Of a DNA stretch of 56,042 bases, positions 23,806 through 36,360 are shown piece by piece (the stretch's first letter is position 1; each line of letters opens with the position of its first letter). A program made the translations under genes and the position numbers. The stretch comes from Phoronis australis (lineage: Eukaryota; Animalia; Phoronida). The stretch is taken from assembly GCA_002633005.1 (NCBI GenBank), contig NMRA01000060.1, forward strand, positions 34,032 to 90,073, given 5' to 3'. A model generated the notes under the pieces. It was not told the origin of the DNA. It did no database searches and saw only the letters and a list, made by a program, of their open reading frames with translations.

Positions 23806-24111
23806 CTGAGTCCAGCGTTGTAGTCTCAACAAACACAGACGTTCCAGAAATGGGACCCGTTTTGGCCCGCACCCATATCCTATACTTGCTGAAAGGATAG
23901 AGATCATTCAAATGAGCCTCGGTAGGGACTGTTGTTGAAGTGATAGATTCAGTGGAGCTTCTTCCGTGGGAGCATGCCAACTGTTGCAATAACAGATGAG
24001 TAATATCGTAACGTTCTATAGGACAGCCATTGGAGACAGGTTCACTCCATGAGATTTTGATTGATGTGCTGCTTCTTCCCTGAATTGCGAGGTTCCTTAC
24101 CGCATGAGGCT
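23806..24111 (-). CDS. Exon: FN3 domain 3 (KPHAVRNLAIQGRSSTSIKISWSEPVSNGCPIERY...LYPFSKYRIWVRAKT...TTLDS)
   Basis: ctttcacag| and |gtatta, 306 nt, phase 1-1. Canonical FN3. Confidence 0.93.
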
Positions 24112-26200
24112 CTGTGAAAGGATAAATACTCCATTGAGGTTACTGAATGGTATGCAAGTTTAGCAAAATTTCTACAAAACCAGCAAAAGTGCATGTATAT
24201 ACTTTTTGAAAGTAGGAAGCATGAAGATTTTTATACCTTTTACCAATGCACCGTTAACTGGGTCACGAACGATTATCTGGTTATTAAAATTTGTCAAAAT
24301 TTATGGCAACATCGATAGCAAAACAAGGGTCTCAATAACACTATCTGGAAAATCATGAAAGTCCTGATCTCGGCCGAGGTACAAAACTGTGTTCTAAAGG
24401 CTTTTACATAGATAACAGAAAGGATGAGAACATTATGCCATGTTGCATATTATTTAATTTGGTATATATTTGTAAGTTTTTTAACTAGATTGTCCTTTGA
24501 GACTTTAAGCACTAAGGATTAATTGACGACATTCTACAAAGAGCAAAATCCCCTCATCACGTTGTTTTCTTAAATCATGTTTCATACTATGTCGAAGCTA
24601 AGACATATTCTGGCTGCCCCCTGAATGGAATAATCAAGTTCAGTGTACTTAACTTTGAGTAATCATATGCGGTTAACTCCAAAAATGAAATCAAAAAGCC
24701 CCACATCCCAAATGAGTTTGTTTGTAGAAGAGCGTGACCGTTACTTGGGTGATGTCCCTTGAATAGTTGCAGGGGAAAAGAGCAAGCTAAAATCCTCCCT
24801 TGGAAATAAGCCTAAATTGAAAAAGAGGACTTTAAACGAGGCTAGTAATAGATGCATGCACTTGTCCTTTTTTAATTTTGTTTGCCTTGCAGTAAATAAC
24901 GGACCTTGTCTGATCACCTCACAAAACTGTTTTACAAAAACAGATTTTTGACTGACGTGGGGCCTTTTTGTACCCGGGCTAGTCCTATTTATAGGTTTTT
25001 ACTCGTATTACTTAAAGCTGTTTTTGCACAGATGTCATGTTAATTTGTTCTCTGGACACATTTTGCACGTTCTATAGTAATAAAATGAAATGTAAAAAAG
25101 ACGTTTCTTTTGTCCAAAGCAGAAAATGGAATGAATTCTCCTTAATCCCAGAAATAGACTTTTTCAAAGCAAGTGGCGTTAGGCAATACAAATTGGTAGT
25201 TTTGGTAGACCGGATGTTGAAATCACAACGTCCCTATAAGACATACACGTAGCTCAGTGACAAGCATAACTGAGAGTAACCATGAAAGCCAGAAAAGACT
25301 TATCAAACGCAGTGTGCATGTGGCTACAATCATCGTCAAGTACTTGGCAAAAATTGAAAGAATCTTAATGAGTCCCAGAAACAGCTTTCGTGTTTGCGTA
25401 GACCAGCATTATTATTACGGCCCCTTTGGACCGTTTTGTATACAGTAAGTAATATCTCAGTTATAATGTTGGCATTATCCCAGGCACTGTCAAGCTATGT
25501 CGATCACTAGATGTCGGAAGGAAGTTCAGGCAGGGTCATCGAGCTAATGAATGCAGCCAATCGGGAGGTGGGAACTCAACGATTGTCCGCCATATTTATC
25601 CCACAACCCTTGGTTTGTAAAAATGTGTTATGATGGTTTTGCTGTGCGATTCGGGCGCTTTAAATGCAGGTCACCAGATAAAAAGCAACAAACGAGGCAA
25701 TGTATCTGTCGCTGACTTCATAAAACCGTGTAAGGGACTGATGATCAGAAGCATTATCTAATGTACTTCGGTTCTTTGGCTCTTTTTCTAACACACACTA
25801 CGGAGATTATCCCATGAATTCTTCGCATCAACCGTTATTAGCATTATACACCACTGGCGCCGAACTTTTTCACGACCCCCACCAACAAATAGCAAGCTTT
25901 TTCGTTGGAATTGGAAATTTATAATAAAATCCCAAAAACAGCGGATTTAGCTGTTTTACAGCTTTGGTGAAAGCTAAAAACTTCAAAAGTCACTCATCTA
26001 CCCGAAATAGGCTCCAAAATGGGAGTGCTTTGCTTGAAAGTAGTTTTAAATAGTAGTTCAAAGGCTATTTGTGTTGTTTATACGTAATATGTTTGACGCA
26101 AGAATGTACTATAACACGGCCAACGCGATTGCCCTTTGGACGCGAAAGATGATGAGCCCACCAGCCTACCACAAAAGTGCATCAAACTGAGCATGCGTAC

Positions 26201-26441
26201 TTGTGGTCGAAGTAGTTGCTTCCTCTACAGGAGAGTACTCTGAAGATGCATCTTTATTGGCTGCCTTCACGCGGACTTGCCATTGGGTACAGCCAGCAGA
26301 CGACAGTTTCTGGGAATAAAAGGACTTTCCGCTCTGATAAGGCATGTCTGGTGCGTATCTGATCCAGTCAGTGCTTGAGGTATTCTTGTACTCCACAATG
26401 AAACGCAGTTGCTTGGAACACTTCCATTGGACCGAATTGGC
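26201..26441 (-). CDS. Exon: C-terminal part of FN3 domain 2 (ANSVQWKCSKQLRFIVEYK...WQVRVKAANKDASSEYSPVEEATT)
   Basis: tattatag| acceptor, |gtacgc donor, 241 nt, phase 0-1. VRVxAxN..SxYS motif. Confidence 0.88.
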
Positions 26442-26653
26442 CTATAATAATGAGAAAATTATCAAATACTCAGTCGTTCACTTGCTACATATAAGTAACC
26501 TTTGTTGTAAACTTCCATAAGCAAAAATATTAACATCAGAAGATCGATTTCCCGGCATTTTGAGATGTTTATTTGCTATTGAAAACCATTGAAACAAATT
26601 GAATTATTACTGTTGCTACTACATGTAAATTTAAACAAAAACACTCTGCTTAC

Positions 26654-26697
26654 CGTAATATAAACTGTAACGAAAAGTGCGCCAGGAGAAATCTGCA
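26654..26697 (-). CDS. Micro-exon: N-terminal part of FN3 domain 2 (xQISPGALFVTVYIT)
   Basis: ttttcgcctacag| and |gtaagc, 44 nt. Converts phase 1 to the phase 0 required by the next exon. Confidence 0.7.
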
Positions 26698-27982
26698 CTG
26701 TAGGCGAAAACAGGGGAGCTGTGAATATACAAACGTGGTGTAAATTTCATACATAAAACCAGACAAATTGGTATTTTTGTGGAACACCTGCATTTGCAAA
26801 GATTGTCCATCACTTCTTTGTCACTTGTACATTCATTCATATAACTTTGACAAGAAACTGTTTGAGATAACAATTCAATAAAATTCGAGCAGTATGCAAA
26901 TCAATAGACTAATCTACAGAGAAATTTGTCGCGTGATACCCTACTCTGTCAACTAGCTGGTAGTGGGTGACTGTAGTGCAAGGCAGGGTATCGTTTGAAT
27001 TAAGTCTATATGAACGCTGTCAATCGGATCTGTTTTAATCTATATCCTCGTCAGCATCTTTCAATAACAGAGCTGCCCCAAACACATGTCGCATATTCTC
27101 ATGCAATTAAATGGTGGTCATTCACTGCTGTCACTAACGCCCCGTCAACTGTGTTTTCGATTTTCATCGAGTTGGCATCATTTCAGCCCCATATTCATTA
27201 TAAAATCCTTCAATTATCTAAAATATTTATAGATCTTGGTCGTTTATGATATACATGTAGTTTTGTTGACATTACCTGAACTCGCCGTCTAAAATGTGCA
27301 AGTAGCTCTTAAAATGGAAATGTTTGACATCTTTGACAAACGGCAGGGTCTAAAATTATTCAGAAGTTAGTTAGTTGATAAAAGCATTCGTAAAACCAGA
27401 AGTCTACTTCACAACAGCCTGTGGGCTTTCTACATCGTGACACATTTTGCGTCTGGCGGCAAAAAGTGCATTCTTCGTTTTGGTCGGATCCTCTGGTCAA
27501 AATGTTGTACACGCACATGGATAATTTGTAGGCGTATCTTGTTATCGTTAGAATTTATTACATGTTTATGAATTTTTCCTTGTAAAAGAATCCAGTTCAT
27601 TTTTTCTATTACTGAAAGAGTACGTTGCACTTGCCAATTGTCACTGGCCGCCTTTTGTTGACTATCCCATTTTTAATTTTTCCGCTATCCCGACACACTA
27701 CCAAAATGTCCCGCTTTTTGACACACGGCGAAATTGACATATTTTCGTATACTTTTGTTGTTTTTCAACGAGACGTAGTCCTATATTTTCGAGTTAGTAT
27801 TTTCAACATTCGACTAAAAAGAAAGAAACGGGACGTTTTATGGGTGTTTGAGACGTCTGCAATTTTCCATTCGACTCCAAGAAACAAAATTATGCCGCAT
27901 GGCGCTTTTGGGTGTTACGTCTCCCGTTCGACAAAAAGCGTCGTCGGAACCTTTCTGTGCCTTGCGGCGAGCAGTTTTGGCA

Positions 27983-28140
27983 TAGCGGGGGCGGATCCAG
28001 GATTTTGAGTTAGGGGGGCCAGGGCAGAGAATTAGCCAGGATTTTGTCCGTCAGATAATCGCGCCCGCCAACTGCCAAATTGAACCGGAGAGAATTTTAG
28101 GGGGGCCATGGCCCCCTTGGCCCCTCTAAATCCGCCACTA
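27983..28140. mobile_element. MITE copy (ggggcggatccaggatttt...ggccatggcccccttggcccctctaaatccgccact)
   Basis: Reverse-complement homolog of 19963-20112. Confidence 0.7.
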
Positions 28141-29760
28141 CATGGGGCTGGCCCAGATTTCCCGCTTTTTAGCTGCAATTTCTGCTTTTTAATGCAGTTG
28201 ACCCGTTTTTTTATTTTCGAAATGCTGACAACTATGCAGCAGGTGTTCAAAATAACATTATCTCTTGTGATAAATATTATATTTGATGAATATTATATTT
28301 TCTAGAGTTCAAATAACAATCGTAAACTGTGTTCGAATGTCTCTTGTTTACGGTAACAGATAAAATGTATGTATCCGGATCACTATTTTTACTACTATGT
28401 TAAGTCCAACACTGCAAGCTATGTAATTATCTATCCACTATACAGTCCAAAAACACAATAGATGTTTGCTCATTTTTTATCTATCAGAAAGACTTTATCT
28501 TCAAATTTCGGATAGGTAGTTGGAGTAATTAGTTGACCACGTTTTGAAAATATCACTGCTTCCTGAATTATTACTCAACGGCACCAAAGATCCAATCAAT
28601 ATATAAAGAAGTATTATTTTGGATGAATGTCTTTTTACGTTATTATTACATTCTGCTATTTTGGTAATACTCTTGTTTTGAAGAATTAAAAGTAATTTTC
28701 AAATCGGTCAGGTATGTGAAATTATAGTTACTTATGAATTCCGATATTCAACTTTTGCTTCTGGTATAACATACACCATCAAACACTGATGAAAAGTTTT
28801 TTAATGGTGTGATTTTTATGTAACTCGGTTGAAAAACGGTGGAGTAGCGAAAACTTTTAATGACAGTAAATTTCATAGCAAGAACAACACCGGAAGAAAC
28901 GAATCCAAACAGATGCCCCCAGTGCGACATCGAAGTAGTTGGCATTCCAGGGCAGATTGAACTGTGGCACATGTTGGTGTTGACGGTAATGAAGCTCCTG
29001 ACTGTTTTGCAAGTGAATGCGCAAGTGTACCGTGCTTTGAAACAGGTTCATGTATTCCAAGTCTCCCACTGATGCCACAGCTCGAACTGCCAATTCATAA
29101 TGGAAGTGCTCCACATGTAGACAAAGAGTGCAAAGATCCTCAAATCCTACTATATCAAAGGAATCTAAGAAGCTGATTTAACTTGTATTTTTAAAGTCAG
29201 TGGTGTAGCAAGCAGTCCATGTTGATGTCGTAATTTCGTTAACTCAAACTGAGTGAACTAGTACACCCCAAAAATTAGATCACTACAAGCCGTGGGAAAT
29301 GATTTTGATTCGGTCATGATCAAACTCTCATAACTTCTGTCCGTTCCGTAGATTAAATGTGACCCATGATTATCGTTTCTTATAGTATTTTCAATAAAAT
29401 TCCTTAGTTCATACAGTGTACCATGTCTTCAAAGCCTTAAGACGGGTTCACTAATCTGACTTGACCAAAAAACTACCTCAAGACCATGGGATTGCGGGTA
29501 ACACAACAGCTGGTCATGTGATATTAGAGAGATCATATTTTGTAAACATGTCCTCAATACGTTTATTGTTTAAACTTCATACATGTAAGTTCGTTAATTA
29601 TGGGAATTTTGATTTTCATATTGCACACGCATGTGTCCTATAAAATGAAGTAGGAAACGTAACATATGCATAATTCAGTAGATTTAAGTCATTCCTATTC
29701 TTAAAGAACTGCCGGAGCAATAGGAACAAACATTTGTTTGCGAATCTGTTATGTTCTTAC

Positions 29761-30048
29761 CTCCACAGAGAGTAGTAAAAGTAACCACATCATTGGGGCG
29801 ACCAATTTTCTCCACATTATGCACCTCGACCAGCGCCCAAATTTGGACTCTATACTTTCTATCCGGATGAAGACCTTTCAGCGAAAAAAACGGCGTTGCC
29901 GACCTGTCCTTGGACCATGACCGTTGGTTCGAACTTTTGTACTCCACTATGTAGGTGGTGACACTTATGTCCGCCAACGGTTCCCAGGAGACAGTTGCTG
30001 ATTGAGATTTTATATCGCGGACCTCTGCAGCACTTCCTAGTGTAGGTA
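29761..30048 (-). CDS. Exon: FN3 domain 1 (PTLGSAAEVRDIKSQSATVSWEP...GLHPDRKYRVQIWAL...TFTTLCG)
   Basis: Polypyrimidine tract then aaag| acceptor, |gtaaga donor, 288 nt, phase 1-1. FN3 W, Y and LxPxxxY motifs. Confidence 0.88.
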
Positions 30049-31402
30049 CTTTTGCAAGGAAAAATACACGTCATTATGGTTAGGCAAAGACATAATGAGG
30101 ACTCATAAAAATTTGAACAAATTGGCAATGGGGGGACACTCAGATTCATCAAATATTATGACATTACAAAATTTCGTCATGAGGATAACGCACTATTATT
30201 CTCCTCAGCCAATGGGCCCTGAGTTGTACCAGAATAAAATTTGAATCGCATAATGTACAAGTCAAATATACACGACAAAAACGAAAATGACTCCACTACT
30301 TATGATTTTTGCCCAGTCTTTAGCACACTGCCACATGACGTCGTCTGGCAGATGTTAAGTATTGCTTAACTTGCCAGATCCATGCGGCGGGCGCAAACGG
30401 GTCGCATGGTTATCGCTTATGCGGCACTACCATTGTTTTCCTTTGTTACTTCTTTGTTGAAGATAACAATACAGGTCGCATGCACATCGTACATGTACTT
30501 TCGGTGCACATCAGTCGGTTACTGACAAGTACTTGCCATTATTGTTTTTATTATAAGAAATAAAATCAAAGTGAACAATGAATACGCCTATCTACCGATA
30601 AGCTGGCAAACTATTTCCCATGTTGATGAATCAAGTTTACATCAGCATGTGAACAACGTTTTTCATTTCAGTGTTTTCTTTGCCATAAACATACAACAAC
30701 ACAAATACATGTAAATGAAAAGTGCCAATAATTCATCAACTTTACAAAAATAAGGCTCAACAGCAAAGGCCGTTTCATCTTTGTCACTATACTTACATGT
30801 ATCTGTAGTCGAATAATGAAACACTGCCATTTAGGTTTACATATCAAAACTCCAAATGTCTGTTTCATAAAACGTGGCTTTTAAGTAAGACATTAGGTCT
30901 TGCACCCCACATAACTATTCCTGAGATATAATTTAGACTCACACCAGCAAAAAGTGTCTGAGAATACATGTACGACAGCTACTTACTGAGGTAATTTTAT
31001 GGATTATTTCGGGGTTGTGAGATAACAACAACTCCATGGCTAAACCTTCATTTAATAACTGTGGCGTGGAAGGGCGAGACCAAATATCCGACTTAAGTCT
31101 TCTTAGAAGTCGCTTTTCATGAAACCAGACCCTGGTAAATGTTGATCCATATTTACCCTCTTGCACATCTCCATGAACATGGAACACGGCAACTTAGGGC
31201 TCCATTTTCACAAGACCCGCCCAAATTGTTTAGAAAATTTCAGGTTGCAAATGACTTCTTTGTTAGTGCGGAAAATGGCCGTAGGAGTCGGTGGGAGGAA
31301 ATTGTTGGCGGACAAGGGGTCAGAGTTCGACGAAGTTGTATTTGGCTGTTTTCAAATATTAATTCTGCGTGATCTTTTTCACATTTTTCGCTAACACTAC
31401 AC

Positions 31403-31456
31403 AGATCTTTCCGCAACGTGGTCTATTGTACCCTTCCTGGCATTCACTGCAGTAGC
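31403..31456 (-). CDS. Probable small exon completing the EGF repeat (GYCSECQEGYNRPRCGKI)
   Basis: tattcag| acceptor, 54 nt, phase 1-1, supplies the missing CxxGYxxPxC. The donor (T|gtgtag) is weak. Confidence 0.5.
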
Positions 31457-33759
31457 CTGAATACTTGTTATATTGTTCATTGCCACTGCACAGTCAGCAT
31501 TACCTTTGGCAGTTTTTTGCCGTACCACCCATCATTACATTATGGAAATGCACAAAAGAAATTTCAAAAGCGTGCTGGTCTACTGTACATGTTTGTACGG
31601 TAGAATTGCTTTTCAGTTGATTTCGGAGATGTCCACATTCGGTGGGCTTTCAGATTGGAGTCTACTGCAGAAGGTCAACATGTCACGTTTTAATGCTGAC
31701 CATCTGTAAGACAGTGCCGTTTATAGGGCCCATTCGCTATAAACACACGGTTTGACGAAAAGTGTGCCATAAAGACACATCATATTTAATTCTCAAATAT
31801 GTTCTAGTGGAGAATCCTCCGAATAACAAATGGCTTTATAATATGCCTAGACGTACTGCATGTATTCCGATTGCAGCTTGGGAAGTTGCCGTGGTGATAC
31901 ATGCTTGAGATACGAAACAAATATATCACCTAAAATCTGTGCTGTTGTCTATGCTTTTAAGTATTATTTGTTATTGTCATCAATTTTTTGTTGTCGCATT
32001 TCATTCATTGTCGAACGTCCGTCTTTATAGATATTTCACTGTACACAAATGTGACGGTGGTTATACCACAAAAAAACTTACAGTGTACACGCAATGTGTG
32101 TTTATTACCATACCTCCAATTCACATATACAGATCAATTTGTGAATGTATGTCTCATGTGATTAGCTGTACATGTAGTTAACAAAGTCCTCAAGCATGGT
32201 GCTGTTCCGAACCATTCAAATACCTAAGTTTGGTCATTCGCCAGGTTCTCTGCATAAACTGGGTCAGCGCTTCACACACTCCGCGTGTCTCAAGCTCAAG
32301 GAAGATTTTAGTAGCCCAAAATTACCACAAGTTCAAAGATATTCAGTTAAAAAGGAAAGACGAAACATATCTCTGAACATATCTGGCCAATATCAAGGGT
32401 CACTGCTCGTAAGCAAGTCAATGCAATCCTTATTACCCGTCGCCTTATCTAGTACTACCAGTCGTTTAGTTTTTCCCAATTCAACAAAAAAAATTTAATA
32501 TACACTTAACTAGTGATGACTCCTGTCAAATTAAAACCACCCTCAGTACACTAAAGCAAATTAATAGTAGGTGCAAAACCGTTTTTATATCCTGAAATGT
32601 TTCGTAAAAATGATTCAATTGTTTGATTAATCCATAACTTGAGTATTCCGAAAACCTTTGCATTGGTCTCCTTTCTTTAATTAAAGTGTATGCCTTAGAT
32701 TCTCATAGGGTTAGGCCTTACGCTCTGCGTAATAATCAAATGGTACACGTAAGATAAACAGTTATAAGTATACTTGTGTGAAAATTATCAATGCTTTAAC
32801 CAAATACTTCAAATTAGCCTGACCCGCTGATGATAGTGCGTGGAATTCAACTAGACACTCAATTGAACATTAGTCGTTTGGCCCACCACTTTTTCTCTAT
32901 GGATTTCAAAAAGTATATGCTTACATATAATGTTGATTATACTGCCATCTGTAGGCGCTATCGGCAACTGAAATCCCGTCAACTTCTTCGAAGCATTGAC
33001 CGTTCAAAGTACGGCACTTCCCGGACCTCAGTGGGCTTTGAATGGATGTTTTGCGTGTAAAAGCGATTGAGCTTTGACCACCACACGGACACCATAAAAT
33101 TCCAATCACTTTTCATAAAAATTTGATATGAATTTGGTTAAGGCCCTGTGCTATCGGCAAATGAGGTCGGGTCAACAAGGAACACGTATATAAGGTCATT
33201 TTCTGTGAATTAATTGCCAGTATATTAGCCGGGCTGCGAAGGAGGAATTCTTACGCATGCGCAAATAGCTTGTAGAGCATGGGGTCGGATTGTTGCGTGA
33301 ATATAATGTGGCAAAGAGAAAACGCAGTAGCCTTGGAATGTAGAATACGCAGCTTCTGCAGATCACATGTCTCACACTGTGTTGTCTTCCAGCAAATGGA
33401 GCCTAACCACATACCTCTTTCAACGTATCCAGCATCTGACAATGTATTGCACGCAGATATTCTAATAATGTTAGATTGCGTTCGTGGAGGATTAGTGTTC
33501 GTAGGCAGTAAAGTTCAAAGACATTCGCCCAATAAAATTCTTTACTCCCTCTTTTACATTTATGAAGATGAAATTTTTAACCAATAATCAAGATTTTTAA
33601 AAATTATTTACAAAAAGGCATTTCCAATCTTAAATTGTTTTTCGTTGTAACCAGTACTTGTAAAAGAGAAAACAAAAACAGCGATGTAATATACATGGGA
33701 GCCATTTTGATACATCATTGTTCTCCACGACCAGTTTTAACATGTCGCTTCAACAGAGT

Positions 33760-33897
33760 AGATTTCAGTAATGCTAGGACCTCACAAAAATTGCCAAAAT
33801 CACGCGTTCTCATCTAAAATACATGGCTACATCTCACGAAATCTTGCGAAGTCGACTTGCTTTTTAGCGAAGTCCTAGATTTACTGAAATCAGGGCA
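33760..33897. mobile_element. Single diverged copy of the MITE found as a dimer at 39001-39319
   Basis: ttcagtaatgctaggacc...atctcacgaaatcttgcgaag...tttttagcgaagtcctagatttactgaa. Confidence 0.65.
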
Positions 33898-33985
33898 GTA
33901 TGACTGATTTCACTTCAGGACTTAACTCCGACATGAATGATTACAACGGTAAACGCGAAATTTTTGAAAAGTTGACTCTGTGGCC

Positions 33986-34619
33986 ATGACTCTGACTCTG
34001 ACTCTGACTCTAGGCATTGTCCATCCACTGCAGAATGTAGCCCTCCGACAATGCCTTCCATTTTGTTCTGTCTCTTGCCGCTCTCATCCACGTTGTGCCT
34101 CTCGTCTTCACGATGTCATCTCTCCATCTGGCTTGGTCTCTTTCCATATCTGGGTTGCCACTCTGTGCATCTTTTTGTCCATCTGCTGTCCTGTGCTCTG
34201 GCAACGTGTCCGCCCCACCTCTATTTCAATTTCAGAATTGTCTTGATTAAGTCCATATTGTGTGACTCTTTCAATGATCTTGCTCTCCATCATTACCTCT
34301 TCATCTGTTTCAAAATTTGTCATGTACTTTGCCTTGTCCTTGTGAATCTTTTATCCCACATTGTTTCTTTCTTCATTCAGTATATTTGTTTCTAATTGTA
34401 TTATGCCTTATGTGCACAAAGCAACACATCATCTGCAAATCTTAGGTCTGTTAGATGTTCTCCGTCTATGTTTACTCCTCTTTGAAGGTCTGAAGATTTG
34501 AAGATCTCTTCCATTGTCAGTGTAAACAGTTTAGGTGAAATTGGGTGTCACTGACTAACTCCTCTCTCTATGTTGAATCTTTCAGAGACGTAGTTGTCGA
34601 TGTGAATTCTGGTGGTGGC

Positions 34620-34691
<72 letters not shown>

Positions 34692-35437
34692 CAGCAGTTT
34701 TATACATGTTTCAGTTATGTTGATGTTTTTAGGGCTTCAATGATGGCAAATAGTCAAATTGAATCAAAAGCCCTTTCATAGTCTAGGAAACCAACACACA
34801 GTGGGAGGTTATATTCGTTACATTTTTCAATTGTTTGTCCAAAGGCTTGCAGATGGTCTGTTGTTGAGTAGCTCTTTCTAAACCCTGCTTGTTCTCGGGG
34901 TTAATTTTCATCCAGTTGTTTCTCCATTCTATTTTGCAATAGCCTTGTGAACAGTTTGTATGTATGGGCTAATAAGCTTATGGGTCTATAGTTCTTTATG
35001 TCACTTGGGTCTCCTTTTTTAAATAATATTACTATTTTTGCTGCTTTCAAGCATTCAGGGATGTTTTGGGTCCTTAGAATTACATTGAATGCTTTTGTCA
35101 AGTATTTGATTGTTTCTTGTCCTCCTGCCGAAATTATATCGCTTATAATAACATCACTTCCTGGTGTTTTTCTTTTCCTCATCCTCCTGAGGGTATGTCC
35201 TAATTCCTCCTCGGTGAAAGGTGGTACTTGTTCTGTGTCTATATTCCTGGTTCCCATCTTTTCTGGTGGATTCGTCGTTTTCTCATTTAAAATTTTGTAG
35301 AAATTGGCACATATTTTGATTATTTCTTCTCTGTTGTTTGTTATTTCTCCGTTAGAGTTTCGCGAGTTTTGTGCTGCTTCTACTTGTTGGTTTGTTGCAA
35401 GTTGTCTTGAGAGATAGAGAACATGCCTCTGCAACAT
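33986..35437 (-). mobile_element. 5'-truncated, decayed RTE-clade LINE
   Basis: RT motifs KKGDPSDIKNYRPISLLAHTYKLF and LRFADD (tgcaaatcttag region near 34430). C-terminal WRDDI..WMRAARDRTKW. 3' tandem tail (AGTCAG)n at 33986-34011. Stops and frameshifts. Confidence 0.9.
34621..34689. repeat. (TA)n microsatellite inside the RTE element
   Basis: Over 30 TA units. Confidence 0.95.
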
Positions 35438-35619
35438 CAGTTGTCACATGACGTGTCTTCTAGGATGTTAAGTAATAGCCAAGTCCTGCGTGGCATTCTA
35501 TTGCCCAAAACTTTAATAATGTCCATTGTTCTTGTCAGACGGGATTCATTTAGGAAATATCAGTATTGTTCATGAGAACAGCAGTATGTAAACATACTTG
35601 TGGGCAATACTTTGTAGCA

Positions 35620-36360
35620 TAGCGGTTGAAGGTAAATACACTACACAGGGGTACGTACACTACATGTCTTTGATTTGTCAGGTTTGTAAAAATACTTAGA
35701 ATCTACTGAGAGTTAGTTCATTTACCAAATCTATTCAAAGAGAACAAATAAAAAGTACAGCATACATGTGCATATCTTTCGATCATTCTTTGAAAACAGG
35801 CACATGTTAAAATATAGGGGTAAGTGCACTACACAAATGCTAATTTTTCACTCAAAACAAATGTATTTGTAATTAACACCCTTTTAACATAGCATTTTAA
35901 TGGATGAAACTGTCTATGACAAATGTTGCTTACTTAATATGTAATATTTTTGTTTCGTGGCATTTGTTCACATCGGTGTACGTACTCTACACAGGGGTAC
36001 GTAAACTACATTTCAATGACATGTCAGGTTTGTAATTAAATACTAAGAATCTACAGAGAGTTAGTTGATTTACTAAATTAATTCAAAGAGAAAAAATAAT
36101 AAGCTCAGCATTCATGTGCATATTTGCCGTACTTTGGAAATAGGCACAAATTAAAATATAGGGGTACGTACACTATGAACATGCTAATAGTTCACTCTAA
36201 ACAAATGCAATTGTAATGAACACCCTTTTAACCTAACATTTTTGAGGAAGGAAACTGTCTACTACCAGTGTTGCTCACTTACCAAGTGATATTTTAATTT
36301 CATGGCATTTGTAAACGTGGGGGTACGTACACTACAAGGGAGGGGCACGTATACTCGGGA
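35620..36360. repeat. Tandem repeat: about 350-bp unit x2, built from ~175-bp subunits anchored on GGGGTACGTACACTAC
   Basis: Motif near 35648, 35817, 35980-36010, 36161 and 36320, with a further copy near 37834. tgtcaggtttgtaa..gaatctac.gagagttagtt is duplicated. Confidence 0.75.

Noticed and set aside
28857-29114. ORF with FN3-like HYELAVRAV
   Set aside because: No matching FN3 N-terminal strands and no phase-compatible splice sites were found. Probably chance or a relic.
35620-36360. CRISPR-like array
   Set aside because: Eukaryotic intron, spacers are long and mutually homologous, and no cas genes are present.
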